A DNA stretch of 64,000 nt from an uncultured virus (IMG/VR IMGVR_UViG_3300025632_000002) (taxonomy: Duplodnaviria > Heunggongvirae > Uroviricota > Caudoviricetes > Crassvirales). Positions 48,901 through 58,228 of this stretch are shown in pieces (position 1 is the first letter of the stretch; the number at the start of each line of letters is the position of its first letter). The notes under the pieces were generated by a model. That model saw only the letters and a program-made list of their open reading frames with translations. It was not told the DNA's origin and did not search any database. Where the stretch lies: IMG/VR virus record IMGVR_UViG_3300025632_000002. One strand, given 5' to 3'. The position numbers were made by a program, and so were the translations under genes.

Positions 48901-51900
48901 GCCGACCTACCTACGACGTAATTAGAGGAACAGGAACAACGGCTGCAAGGGATGCCTTAGTTGCTGAATTAAAGGCTTTGGAGGATGAACTAACTACAGA
49001 TAATTTTAATGAAATATCTCCTAAGCTAAAAGCCGCAAGAAAGGCTTTGAAGGATTACGATGATGCTAATTTCCCTTCATCTAAATCTGTTGCCGCCCCT
49101 AAGAAATCAGCCCCTAAGAAAACTGTGTCGGAGCCGACACAAGAGGTGACGGAGGAAGTCGCGGTAGAAGAAACCGTTCCCGTAGAGGTAGAACCTGTAA
49201 CCGCTCAAAGCGCGAGATATGCTCAGCTAATCGAGGACACCCCCGATAGTGTAGTTGAGCTGTTCGAGAATTGGACAAAGAGCCTTTTCTCCCCTGAAAT
49301 TGAAGCTATTGAAAATAAAGAACCATCTAACAGAACTCGCTCTGAAAGTGCTAAGCTTGCCGCTGTAACCCGTCGAATGAAGAAAGCTTTGGCAGCAGCA
49401 GAGGCGGCGGGTCTAGATAACTCAGCTCAGATAGAGTTGGAGAGGGCTGTTAGGGAGCGGCTTGAAACCCAAGAAGCTGCGGCTGTAGTAGCTGAAAATG
49501 TGTCGGAGCCGACACAAGAGGTGACCGAAGAAGAGCAGGTAGATATTGACGAGTTTTTTGGAGAACAAGACATAGAAGGCGTAGAGAAGGTCTCTGAGAA
49601 CCTCGTTATCAACCGCAAGCAAAAAGCTCCCACAGCTGACCCCAAGTCACAGCGGCGAATGAATCGAGTTCGTCAGATGTCGGTCAAGGCAGCGGCGTCC
49701 ATAAGGAAGATAGCTCCCGAAGTAAAAATCCTTATTCACGAAAGCCCTGAAGAATATCAGAGATTTGCAGGGGAGCAAACGGCAGGGAATTACAACCCCA
49801 AGACTAAAACGATTCATATCAACCTCGGCAAAGCGAATCTGTATACGGCGCCTCACGAAGTATTTCACGCTTTGCTTTTGCAAACCATAAGCACTGATTC
49901 CGAAGCTTTAACGGTTTCACGCAAGATGCTCGAGTCGGTACGTAAAGTTGTCGACCCCAATAGCCAAATGGCTAAGGACATAGATGAGTTCGTTGCTCGC
50001 TACGGAGACGCTCCTACCATACAGGACGAAGAGTACCTTGCGCAGCTAACGGGCATCCTTACTGCTGAATATCGTACGCTCAATAAGCCAGCAAAGAACG
50101 CCGTTAAGGATTTTTTACGAAAGCTGGCAAAGATGCTCGGGCTAGAGAAATACTTAGGCCCTGAGTTTCTGAAGACGGACGAGCAGGTCATCGACCTTTT
50201 GAATACCATCTCTCGGAGGATGTCTGAAGGAGAGTATATCGAGGCAGCTGACGTGCAGGCTATGGGTGATATCCTGTCTGAAGCTACTCCCGCTGAGCAG
50301 GCTCAAGCACAGCGTGAAGTTAGAGACTTCAAACGTAAGGAGAGGGAGAGGAAAGCCACTGAGGAAAACCTTTTAAATAGGAGTCAGGAATACGTTCAAG
50401 ACTTTGATGAGTTAGAAAGGCTCAACAATGAAGGCGTTATGTTTCACTTTGGCCCAGTCGATATCCAAGAAGTGATGCCTGAAAAACTTAGGCTAATGGT
50501 TTCAGGATATGGTATCTACTTTATAGACAAAGCCGAAAGCCCTACAACATATTCTTTGTACGCGAGTCGATATGGAAAAAGGGTTACCCTTGTTGATGGA
50601 AATGGTATGAATTTAGTTGACTCTGGCTCTAAGATTAGCAAAGAAGAGTTTACCACTCTTATGGACACTTTCAACAAAGAGGTTGCTGCTTTGGACGAGG
50701 TGAGCCCTGAGATAACCGAGTTGTCTGATTACTTAAACGAGTTAGACTTGGACCTCCAAGGAGCCAATCCTACTTGGTACGAGATGTTAACCACTATGTC
50801 TCCTGACTTACTGCCTTCTGATAGTGATTTCTTTTTGGGCGGAGTGATTGATAAAGCTTACAACTATACTAATCCTCAGAAGATGTTCATTGCTGAGGTA
50901 ACGGCTAAAGCTTTGGGGTATGACGGGGCTACAAGTATAATAGGTAAGGGTAGCATTGAAGAACACAGTGTCGTTAACGTATGGAACTTCGACAAGGTAA
51001 ATAAAAATATCATCTCTGACGAGGCAGTTACACCACGTATGCAGGTGGTTCCTCGCCAGCAGGTAGCTGATGCAGCTACATCTATACAGGAATCTCTGAA
51101 GTTTGCAGATAAGAGTTCATTCCCCAACAAGCTTGAGTTTAAGCGAGCTTTACAGGAGCGCTTTGATAACGAGGTGTACCCTCTCATTAAGGAGCGCTAT
51201 GGAGTAAAGGACAACCGCTCCAATACCGACCAAGGTCTCAAAGACTATCTCGTTGATGCGTATCTCAACGAGACGCTCACCGCTATCGAAGCGTATCCCG
51301 ACGCTTTGGGATGGTATGACGCTCGTATCACAGGTGCTATGTCGTTGATGGAGAAGCTGCACCCTGAGCTCGCTACCGATAAAGACGCTGCATCTACCTT
51401 TAAGATTGCATTGGCTATTACATCGAACGGAAACAAGGTATACGACAACTTCGTAGAAGCCAATCGTCAGTATGAATACTTTAAGGAAAACGGTAAGTTC
51501 GATGACACTTACTCTATTGGAGACCAGAGGGCGGGGATACTCTCTACACTAGCCTTTACCAACAAGGCGTTGGAGTCGATGTCTATGGCGGACTTCACAG
51601 CGTTTCTTACTACCAAATACAGGGCGGGCGATTTGAAGTATATGAAGGACGGCAAGAAGACCCCGCTCCTTCCAGGATTCGCTGTTGATGAAGAGGTTTA
51701 CGGAGCATCTATCTTTGGTCCTAAGATTGGTAATGGGTTCTTTATGAATCTATATGGCGAGTTCAACCAGCTCACTATGGATAGGTGGTTTATGCGTCAG
51801 TTCGGTCGATTGACGGGAACCCTCATTGATTATGACCAGAAGAAGGTAGACGCGGGAACCAAGCGTTTGAACCGAGCTATCAAAGCTTTGGCTAAACGCA

Positions 51901-54900
51901 ACGCTGCTAAGCTATCTGAGATGATTCCTGGATGGGATAAGATGTCCGCTGAAGAGCTGTCAAGTAAGATTCAGAAGGCTAGTATGGACCTCAAGAAGAG
52001 GGCTACCTTCAAGTCTAACCCTAAGCTCGACGAGGTACGTAAGGCTGGAAATAACTTGAGCAAGCAAGTAAGCGCTGAAGTTGAAGCTCCTCGTAACAGC
52101 TCACAGCGTAAGTTTATCAACGAGGTCTTTACTGAGTTGCAGGCTAAGCTCAAGAACGATTACGATATTGACATTACGATTGCAGATTTGCAGGCGGTAA
52201 ACTGGTATCCAGAGAAGGCTTTATATCAAACATTTAAAGCTGACCAAAGTACGAAGACAGGGAAAGTCGAGACCAGTGACAATGAGCAGCCCGACTATGA
52301 GAGTGCTGCCAAGAAATTAGTAGAAGAACAGGGCGTATCTAAAAAAGAAATTAAAGAAGATGAAGCAAGACGAAGTAAACAGCTTGAGCGAAACACCGCC
52401 AATCGAGAAGCTATCGAGCAAAGAGCAGGGGAGCTTAATAAAGATGATATCGAGGCTTCCGAAGTCAAGCGTCTCAAAGACAAAATAATATCCGTCAAAG
52501 AAGACGTCACTTCGTCGGGCCTTGAAGAAGGCGTAGCCCCTCGCCAGCAACTGAGTGATATCGCTACTCCGCTTCCGCGTCAGCAGAAGTCGGTACGTGA
52601 GGTGGTGCAGCAGGCGAGAGACAATAACTTCAAGGACGCAGCAACCAAAGACTTCCTCAAGCGCAAGGGTGTGCCAACAGCAGACATAGACAAGGCTATC
52701 AAGACCTTGGACGAGGTATACGCCCGAGTGATGAAGGAGATTGACGGCGTCATCACTAAGTCTCAGAAGCGCGGTGTCGACTTCGACACACAACTGAAGA
52801 ACGCGCTGGCTTACCTACAAGGCACTAAGCTCTACGAGGATACCACGGATATCCACAGAGAGAAGTTGATGCGTGAGGTACGCGCTAAATTCGATAAGAA
52901 AGAAAAGCGAGCACCGTCAGCGAAGCGTATCCTTGGAAACATTAAAGACGTCAAGAAGGTGACGCTAAAGGAGAAGGAGGCGCTCAAGATGCAGCTGAGG
53001 CTCGTAGCTAAGACCGCTAAAACCACAGCGAGAGCTTTGGTGGTAGCGAGCAATGAACTGACTAAGTCACTGAAGGAGATGGTCAAGGGTGGTGTCATCA
53101 CTGCCAATCAGATGAGCTCTGTCCTGCGTCGGTTCAGCCGAGTGGACCTGTTCAACCCCGCCAGCATCGATAGCTTCTTGGACTATATGGCTAAGATATT
53201 CGCCGATGCTGAGTACGGAGCGAAGATTGCTAGAATCAAGAAGCTGCTTCCTCGAGCCAAGAAGAATATAAAGTCTAAGATTGGCGTTGCCGACGTGCTC
53301 GGTGACACCCTCACTAAGCTCTTCAATGTCAACCCTACGTTGATACCGATGGAGATGCTTGAGGACTATCAAAATCTCCTTGAGATGATGGGTGCTGCGA
53401 AGAAGGTGCTCCCACTTGCAGACATCAACGATGTAACGGAGGTAGCTAATAAGCTGCTTAACGCGGTATACGAAGAGGTATCGATGGCCGAGGACTTGGC
53501 CGAGGTATTTGCGAACTACGAGAATAAAGTCATCAAGGACGGCAAGGTAGACTACGCAGCTACCGTTCGCGCTATGATAGCTGACGAGACCATATCAGAG
53601 GCGGAAGCCACTGTAATGATTAAGTACAAGTCCCGTATCGTAGAGTCTACCACGAAAGAACCTAAGACCGAGGAGGAGCTAGCCGAGGAAAGGGCTGAGC
53701 TTATGTCGGCGGTTGATGCGGCCAAGGTCAACGTCTCGCGTCTCGTTATGGACGAGGAACGAACCTTAGCTCGTCAGCTCGCCAAGCTGATGCGTACCGA
53801 GGCTATCGAGAGGCTCAGCAACCAGCAGCTAGAGACGCTGCTAGCCGTCATCGACAACATCAACAACGGCTTCGTAACCCACGCGGCCAATAGGTTGTAT
53901 GTAAATATGAACGCTTTAAACAATGATAATCAATTGGCAGACTCTTTACAGGAAGCTGACCCGTTATCTATATCAAAGTTTGTAGCCAAGATAAAAGGTG
54001 GCATTACTCAGAATAATAAATTCTTTGAAGCTATCAAGAGACGGCCATTGGCATATATAGATTCATTGTTCGGAGACTTCAAAACTAACCGTATATACAA
54101 CTCTGTATTTAGGCCATTGGCAAAAGCTTTTGACTCTATGAATGTAGAGATTCAAAGAATCGAGGAGCGGTTAGATAATGCAGAAAATGCAGTAAGAAAG
54201 TCTTTTAAACGCAATCCAAATAAAGTTCGCTTGTCATCGTACAAGAGGATGACGTATATGTTACAGCGTGAGTTTGAAGCTAATCCTGATAACGGACAGG
54301 TAAACCCAGCTGCTGACTTCATCCGAGCTACCATTGACCATATCAATGAAGGGAAGTCTTTCTTCAAGGGCAGAGACGCAGAGATGCTTCAGCAAATACT
54401 TGACGACTTCGGTGTAAGTGTTAAGGACGCGGACGGAAATGAAGTTATACAGATTGACTCTCAGAAGCTGTACGACTCATTCAATAAAGCAGAGCGCAAT
54501 GCGATTGTAGTAGCAGAAGACATAAACAAGTCTCTTGCAAGCAAAGCTTCATTTACAGCAGCAGTAATTCAAGGTAGAAGAGCCGATATATTAAACCAGT
54601 ACGCACACCATAACGTACTGAGTAGTAGCGAGCAAGCTGACAAGTCAACAAGTATATCAGAAATTCAGAAATACAACCAGTCACTTCGGGCCTCTACCAA
54701 AGCTAAGAATTCAATTGAGCGTACGGGAGCCGTAACTCCATTGAACTTTGATGTGTTAACGTCGGTGTCGCGAGGCGCTAAAATGATGCTAACAGACTTC
54801 TACCTTACAGACCCTGTACGCACATCACGAAAGACCATATCGAATACGCGTAAAGTTTTAGAGGAAAGGGGCAACGCAACAAAGCAGGACAAAGAAATAT

Positions 54901-56510
54901 TAAACGCAATTGACCAAGCCCTTGAACTTGCCCTTGACGACGTCTTAACCAAGACTTTCACGCAGGGAACTATGGTAGACAACATCATTCAGTACATATC
55001 GAAGACGGGCTACCGAGTAGTTTTGGCCTCAGTGAGTCGTTTTGGAGCGGAAGGGTTGAGTAATAGTGGATTTGTATCCTTGTTTGCTCCGAAACAAATG
55101 GCGTTGGGTTTGTCGAAAGAGAATATGAAACTGTCCATTGGTAGTGGGGGAACCGCAGTAGATATTCTGTCTGCTCTAGGTAGCACACAAATTTCTAGGT
55201 TATTTCCTGACCAGATGCTGTCTGGACGTATGATTGACACTTCAGTTCTTGGGGAAAAGTCTGGAGATAAAGGGGGTAGAGCTTATGGCGAGGTAGCCAA
55301 CAAGATGTTGCAGATATATAATGGAGTAGTAAAACCTGGGAAAGAGGGTGTCGAGAGGGTGGCTGATGGATTAATATCTACCCCAGATAAAGCCGTTATC
55401 CGACCGCTATGGTTTGGGTCTTTTGAATATAAGTTCGAGGAACTTACAAAGAAGAAACCAGATATGGACAAGATAGCCGCAAACGATGAGGCTTATATGG
55501 ATGCTAATCAAAAAGCCCTAGACGAAGCTACTGACTATGCGGACCAGATGACGACATTTGCTGGAGCCGCCGACAATCCATTCAAAGGTCTTCTTAAAGG
55601 CAAGTACCCGTCAAGCGTGAAGCAGTCGGCTATGCTTCAAGCGTTTAACATATCTAACAGCTTTATGACCCGCTTCTTGATATATGAATTTATATCAGCT
55701 CAAATAGGAACGTACGCTATGATGGGTAGGGGTATGATTTCTAAACGTCAAGGTGCGGCACTCCTCGGAGCCGTTACCACCCGTATGGTAGTGTATACTT
55801 TGTTAACCACTTTATTTGCTCAGATATTTAAGCAAGCGTTTGGATTGGGTGATGAGGAAGAAGAGAAAGACATAGAGAAGCAGTTCGGTCAGGCACTGGC
55901 CTCTACTGCCGTCAGCCTTATAGTAGGCCGAGACTTCGGTAACATAGTGAAGGGTCTCCTTAACTACGGGGTGGAGAACCTCAACGAAGAGTTCCTAGAC
56001 GAGCTACGTGACGGAGACTACGACCCGTACCGAGACGCTATCGCGTACACCTTTGTTCCGCCAGACAAGGAGTACAAGTCCAACACGCTAGCGGATTACA
56101 TACGTAACCTGATGGGTCCGTTCGGCCCCTTCTATAAGATGGCGGAGTTCGGTGTGAAGACGCTTAGCGCCGACGAGAAGAAAGACCCAGCGGCACGTAT
56201 ACGTCAGCAGCGAGAGCTCAATGAACGACTCCCGCTCGAGTTACTCGGAAACTTAGGATTGATTCCTCTGTACCGCGATATCAGGGCGCTCTTACTAGCC
56301 GATATCTACAAGGGTATGGGCAAGGAGAAGAAAGGAAGCAGTACAGGTATGACTAAGGCTGAAAAGGCTCAGATGAAGGAATACTTCCCTGAACTATACA
56401 AGATGCAGATGCAGATGGAAGAAGATATGAAGAACCCTGAGCTCGAGAAATTCGAAAAAGAGATGAAGCTACTTGAAAAGCAGCTTGAAGAATCCCTAAA
56501 GCAGCGCTGA
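45978..56510 (+). CDS. Giant polyvalent, probably ejected, virion protein (zincin peptidase, ART-like, HhH-glycosylase-like and GrpE-head-like domains)
   Basis: 3510 aa; APHEVFH; FHFG...GYGIYF...YASRYG...LGYDG; WYD...AITSNG...GPKIG..F.NL...TMDRW..R. Confidence 0.8.
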   Translation: MNEQVIDDLYARALQSGYKKGRADFVQLIQSNEDVFNDMYQYVQSKGYAKDAQSFSSLVGKRTAPTVKKKVTASVSEPGSLVSPEPEVPVETAIAPATEAAEPATTLTGAADPDFFEERMEMISPQLIDRGDEDEVAQELTDVFKPYGFEVEPAGIGDAIKVTAGNGKSIEVDLDPFEMPKILSPFGLDFNTETETAEAKKLQDFLRENRQEGLDAPRRFVTNKQRDDEVKRINQKQKEINRSAQDYLKRKLEFQNKYPQFLTYDPEYIKNNPEEYQRFLNDRDSLEKEREFLVEIDQKAKEEGAQLDRLAGEYTEMLAQRGYWSGGVFRNEFIQGIAEIVAGAKDFALDTAYDPKFLMETDPEFFRDNYLKEAADKGYDVPSASDMTVDEFKAWMKTDKGIPAKESIAIQTSIVDTKLKRRKRGEPIDYEEALNAYSQYATSKNMEVTDGELAALRRGLDFLKDPESTPEAADLMYESFWGGALLGVTRSLPAILVPGGFITRTAAMYSQISSALEQEMAKDPDFRDISEAERFRLKLAIGSASSVLESLGVRNVLKQKGLLTGILMKALKKTPANVKGKAFNEVVMREINSAIGRGALVVTSAGLAEFETGFLQEGVDIGFKNVYNEMKGRDMFETPEGARDIFGRMLYAGAQEAVGGFVLGTPGAISAARRSYDFTAVDDATFEMFENVSSQTARGELTYRHMFYTNLQARINRGEISKADAQQEMDNLDEVIAVNRDIPSDLTVSQKKKALGILLRKKDLQEQIEGKDPILVKRQQEELNSLNRELDQILYGTPETDAIQEQGPESVDAPEPTRDSEAVGEGVPDIGEPTTEVEAQDDVTDEAPAPTTEVAVDEAPTEKQQKGLQRRIDRSKKDFAAATSLEEKAKALVRYLNSVSNSKGIASEEDAAWYEANKAELEAEGFVFDDIGDELADGKPADIRNEETSDAVPKGKIIIKAVVKPGRVVDGKAVSRPTYDVIRGTGTTAARDALVAELKALEDELTTDNFNEISPKLKAARKALKDYDDANFPSSKSVAAPKKSAPKKTVSEPTQEVTEEVAVEETVPVEVEPVTAQSARYAQLIEDTPDSVVELFENWTKSLFSPEIEAIENKEPSNRTRSESAKLAAVTRRMKKALAAAEAAGLDNSAQIELERAVRERLETQEAAAVVAENVSEPTQEVTEEEQVDIDEFFGEQDIEGVEKVSENLVINRKQKAPTADPKSQRRMNRVRQMSVKAAASIRKIAPEVKILIHESPEEYQRFAGEQTAGNYNPKTKTIHINLGKANLYTAPHEVFHALLLQTISTDSEALTVSRKMLESVRKVVDPNSQMAKDIDEFVARYGDAPTIQDEEYLAQLTGILTAEYRTLNKPAKNAVKDFLRKLAKMLGLEKYLGPEFLKTDEQVIDLLNTISRRMSEGEYIEAADVQAMGDILSEATPAEQAQAQREVRDFKRKERERKATEENLLNRSQEYVQDFDELERLNNEGVMFHFGPVDIQEVMPEKLRLMVSGYGIYFIDKAESPTTYSLYASRYGKRVTLVDGNGMNLVDSGSKISKEEFTTLMDTFNKEVAALDEVSPEITELSDYLNELDLDLQGANPTWYEMLTTMSPDLLPSDSDFFLGGVIDKAYNYTNPQKMFIAEVTAKALGYDGATSIIGKGSIEEHSVVNVWNFDKVNKNIISDEAVTPRMQVVPRQQVADAATSIQESLKFADKSSFPNKLEFKRALQERFDNEVYPLIKERYGVKDNRSNTDQGLKDYLVDAYLNETLTAIEAYPDALGWYDARITGAMSLMEKLHPELATDKDAASTFKIALAITSNGNKVYDNFVEANRQYEYFKENGKFDDTYSIGDQRAGILSTLAFTNKALESMSMADFTAFLTTKYRAGDLKYMKDGKKTPLLPGFAVDEEVYGASIFGPKIGNGFFMNLYGEFNQLTMDRWFMRQFGRLTGTLIDYDQKKVDAGTKRLNRAIKALAKRNAAKLSEMIPGWDKMSAEELSSKIQKASMDLKKRATFKSNPKLDEVRKAGNNLSKQVSAEVEAPRNSSQRKFINEVFTELQAKLKNDYDIDITIADLQAVNWYPEKALYQTFKADQSTKTGKVETSDNEQPDYESAAKKLVEEQGVSKKEIKEDEARRSKQLERNTANREAIEQRAGELNKDDIEASEVKRLKDKIISVKEDVTSSGLEEGVAPRQQLSDIATPLPRQQKSVREVVQQARDNNFKDAATKDFLKRKGVPTADIDKAIKTLDEVYARVMKEIDGVITKSQKRGVDFDTQLKNALAYLQGTKLYEDTTDIHREKLMREVRAKFDKKEKRAPSAKRILGNIKDVKKVTLKEKEALKMQLRLVAKTAKTTARALVVASNELTKSLKEMVKGGVITANQMSSVLRRFSRVDLFNPASIDSFLDYMAKIFADAEYGAKIARIKKLLPRAKKNIKSKIGVADVLGDTLTKLFNVNPTLIPMEMLEDYQNLLEMMGAAKKVLPLADINDVTEVANKLLNAVYEEVSMAEDLAEVFANYENKVIKDGKVDYAATVRAMIADETISEAEATVMIKYKSRIVESTTKEPKTEEELAEERAELMSAVDAAKVNVSRLVMDEERTLARQLAKLMRTEAIERLSNQQLETLLAVIDNINNGFVTHAANRLYVNMNALNNDNQLADSLQEADPLSISKFVAKIKGGITQNNKFFEAIKRRPLAYIDSLFGDFKTNRIYNSVFRPLAKAFDSMNVEIQRIEERLDNAENAVRKSFKRNPNKVRLSSYKRMTYMLQREFEANPDNGQVNPAADFIRATIDHINEGKSFFKGRDAEMLQQILDDFGVSVKDADGNEVIQIDSQKLYDSFNKAERNAIVVAEDINKSLASKASFTAAVIQGRRADILNQYAHHNVLSSSEQADKSTSISEIQKYNQSLRASTKAKNSIERTGAVTPLNFDVLTSVSRGAKMMLTDFYLTDPVRTSRKTISNTRKVLEERGNATKQDKEILNAIDQALELALDDVLTKTFTQGTMVDNIIQYISKTGYRVVLASVSRFGAEGLSNSGFVSLFAPKQMALGLSKENMKLSIGSGGTAVDILSALGSTQISRLFPDQMLSGRMIDTSVLGEKSGDKGGRAYGEVANKMLQIYNGVVKPGKEGVERVADGLISTPDKAVIRPLWFGSFEYKFEELTKKKPDMDKIAANDEAYMDANQKALDEATDYADQMTTFAGAADNPFKGLLKGKYPSSVKQSAMLQAFNISNSFMTRFLIYEFISAQIGTYAMMGRGMISKRQGAALLGAVTTRMVVYTLLTTLFAQIFKQAFGLGDEEEEKDIEKQFGQALASTAVSLIVGRDFGNIVKGLLNYGVENLNEEFLDELRDGDYDPYRDAIAYTFVPPDKEYKSNTLADYIRNLMGPFGPFYKMAEFGVKTLSADEKKDPAARIRQQRELNERLPLELLGNLGLIPLYRDIRALLLADIYKGMGKEKKGSSTGMTKAEKAQMKEYFPELYKMQMQMEEDMKNPELEKFEKEMKLLEKQLEESLKQR
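48379..48546 (+). CDS. Nested out-of-frame small basic protein MPFKSKAQRAWMHQNLPEIAKRWEKEYP... (55 aa)
   Basis: Read manually in the +1 frame of the giant gene; resembles small phage proteins of the MPFKS.KQR.WM....PE.A.RW type. Confidence 0.7.
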   Translation: MPFKSKAQRAWMHQNLPEIAKRWEKEYPTSENLPQRLKPKTTLRMKLQRRRRKSR

Positions 56511-56588
56511 TAGTAAATGGAGGAGGCCCCAGAAAAGGACTGCGTTAAGAACCAAAACCAACAAGAGATTATGTGTTTGTTTTCTCAT
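56496..56588 (-). CDS. Small single-TM protein (30 aa)
   Basis: Read manually; ATGA-coupled to the upstream gene; hydrophobic. Confidence 0.4.
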   Translation of the reverse strand: MRKQTHNLLLVLVLNAVLFWGLLHLLSALL

Positions 56589-57001
56589 AGCAGCATATCT
56601 GTGATGTCCTTACCCATCGATATGTGAAGGTACGATACTTCTTTTCGCTTGGTTTTTCCCCTGTCCCAATGCGTCTTTACGGGCAGCGTTTTAAATGACC
56701 ACGATAAAGCGTCGCTTTTTTTAATGTGGTCTAAATCAAAAGCCCATACCCCTTTGGGGGTGGAGTTTAAGTAGATAGGACGAGTGCCGTTCTTTCCTGA
56801 TTCCCGAAGCAGTCGGTCCCATTTGCTACGCTCTATCATAAGGTCGTCATAGTGTCGGCGCCGACACTTTAACTCTATCTGCATATTGAGGTCCTCGCTA
56901 AAGCAATCGTAGGTGCTATTGCTTTTTTTGTATGATAGTAAGTCTGGGATTAACTTGTCGCGAAGAACTTTATAAAGGTCTTTCTCATTTATGTATCTCA
57001 T
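56585..57001 (-). CDS. PD-(D/E)xK-like nuclease
   Basis: YDC...IELKCR...LMIE..KWD.L motif. Confidence 0.7.
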   Translation of the reverse strand: MRYINEKDLYKVLRDKLIPDLLSYKKSNSTYDCFSEDLNMQIELKCRRRHYDDLMIERSKWDRLLRESGKNGTRPIYLNSTPKGVWAFDLDHIKKSDALSWSFKTLPVKTHWDRGKTKRKEVSYLHISMGKDITDMLL

Positions 57002-57182
57002 CCTCTGTTGAATCTCCTAAATCGATAAGACGTTGATTCAGTATTTTAACGGTGGACCTTAACGATACATAGTCCTCATCCACAAAGCTTTCATAAATTT
57101 CGTCAACAAGGTCGTGGAGTTCACCAACTACATAATTTATGTGGTTGATTTTTCTAACTGTTTCCACGTCCCATTTGCTCAT
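56985..57182 (-). CDS. Hypothetical protein
   Basis: 65-aa ORF in the operon. Confidence 0.7.
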   Translation of the reverse strand: MSKWDVETVRKINHINYVVGELHDLVDEIYESFVDEDYVSLRSTVKILNQRLIDLGDSTEDEIHK

Positions 57183-57404
57183 CTATCTAAGTAGTATTTT
57201 GGCCTCTTCAGGGTTAACGCTTTTAATAGCTTGATATATTTTCCTTGATTTCTTGTGGACCTCTTCTATTTCTTTCTTTAAAGAATCGGCCCCAAGCTCA
57301 GTATACATAAAGCAATCTATCTTTAAAAGCGCGTCCACCTTCTGTCTGTCCGTCCACGTTTTAAACCCTAAAATCTTGTCAATGTCGTTTACGTTATAAC
57401 TCAT
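57183..57404 (-). CDS. Hypothetical protein
   Basis: 73-aa ORF in the operon. Confidence 0.75.
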   Translation of the reverse strand: MSYNVNDIDKILGFKTWTDRQKVDALLKIDCFMYTELGADSLKKEIEEVHKKSRKIYQAIKSVNPEEAKILLR

Positions 57405-57918
57405 TGATTAATTGAATTAATTTAGATTGTAATTTTTCTTCTTTACCCTCAGGAACTCGGCTCTTAAGGATAAAAAAAAGTTTCGAAAATCTACCGCCAT
57501 TGCTTTCATAAGTATCTACAGTAGTTTTTAATTCCTTTAACTGCAAAGATAATGTATCTACAGAATCCCGTAATTCATAAATATATTCCCTGAGCTCTTT
57601 AGCTCCCATATCGTAGACAACATCATACTCTACGCTGTGTGATTTTTTTACTCTGGAGTATATTTTTCGCAGTTCAGGAAGTTGCCCTAGCAAATCATTG
57701 GCAATTCGCAAATAGTGCAATACGGTACAATGAGTTTTATTTATCGAGCGCGAGATAAGAGTGCATCCGTAGCCCCTTTCTTTTAAAATTAAGGAGTAAA
57801 TCATACGAGCATCCACATATTTTCTCGCCCTGGTATTCTCCATTATATCCAACCCGAACTCAATCCCTATGGTTTTTTTCAGCTTCGCTGATTCTGTATC
57901 AAATCGGAATGTGCTCAT
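57394..57918 (-). CDS. DnaA C-terminal (domain IV)-like HTH protein with coiled coil
   Basis: TRARKYVDARMI...ISRSINKTHCTVLH resembles DnaA R.R.....R..AM...IG..F.RDHTTV.H. Confidence 0.75.
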   Translation of the reverse strand: MSTFRFDTESAKLKKTIGIEFGLDIMENTRARKYVDARMIYSLILKERGYGCTLISRSINKTHCTVLHYLRIANDLLGQLPELRKIYSRVKKSHSVEYDVVYDMGAKELREYIYELRDSVDTLSLQLKELKTTVDTYESNGGRFSKLFFILKSRVPEGKEEKLQSKLIQLINEL

Positions 57919-58228
57919 TCGATAGTATTTTATCTAAGTAATTATCTGAATCCACCTTTCTAATATCAATCATCACCACCCATTCAGGCTCTTCCTTTAT
58001 GTACTCTACCTCTAAAAAAGTTGCTTCGCCTTCCCTGTTATGAATAACCAATCCTGCCTGTTGCGGAAACAGGTTTCTAATGGGCAAGAACACAACGGAG
58101 TCTTCGAGCTTCACCCATATATTCATTGCCTCTGAGATAGTAAACAGGCTCTTTATGCTTTCAAGGAATCCATCCTCGGCCACGAATACCGCTTCGCTAT
58201 CCTCTGTATACTTCTGTTTTAAATCCAT
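57899..58228 (-). CDS. Hypothetical protein
   Basis: 109-aa ORF in the operon. Confidence 0.65.
   Translation of the reverse strand: MDLKQKYTEDSEAVFVAEDGFLESIKSLFTISEAMNIWVKLEDSVVFLPIRNLFPQQAGLVIHNREGEATFLEVEYIKEEPEWVVMIDIRKVDSDNYLDKILSNEHIPI

Noticed and set aside
52158..52172. DYDID as a crAss-like virion RNA polymerase DxDxD motif
   Set aside because: Lies in a helical part of the glycosylase-like domain with no recognisable double-psi-barrel context; a profile search would settle it
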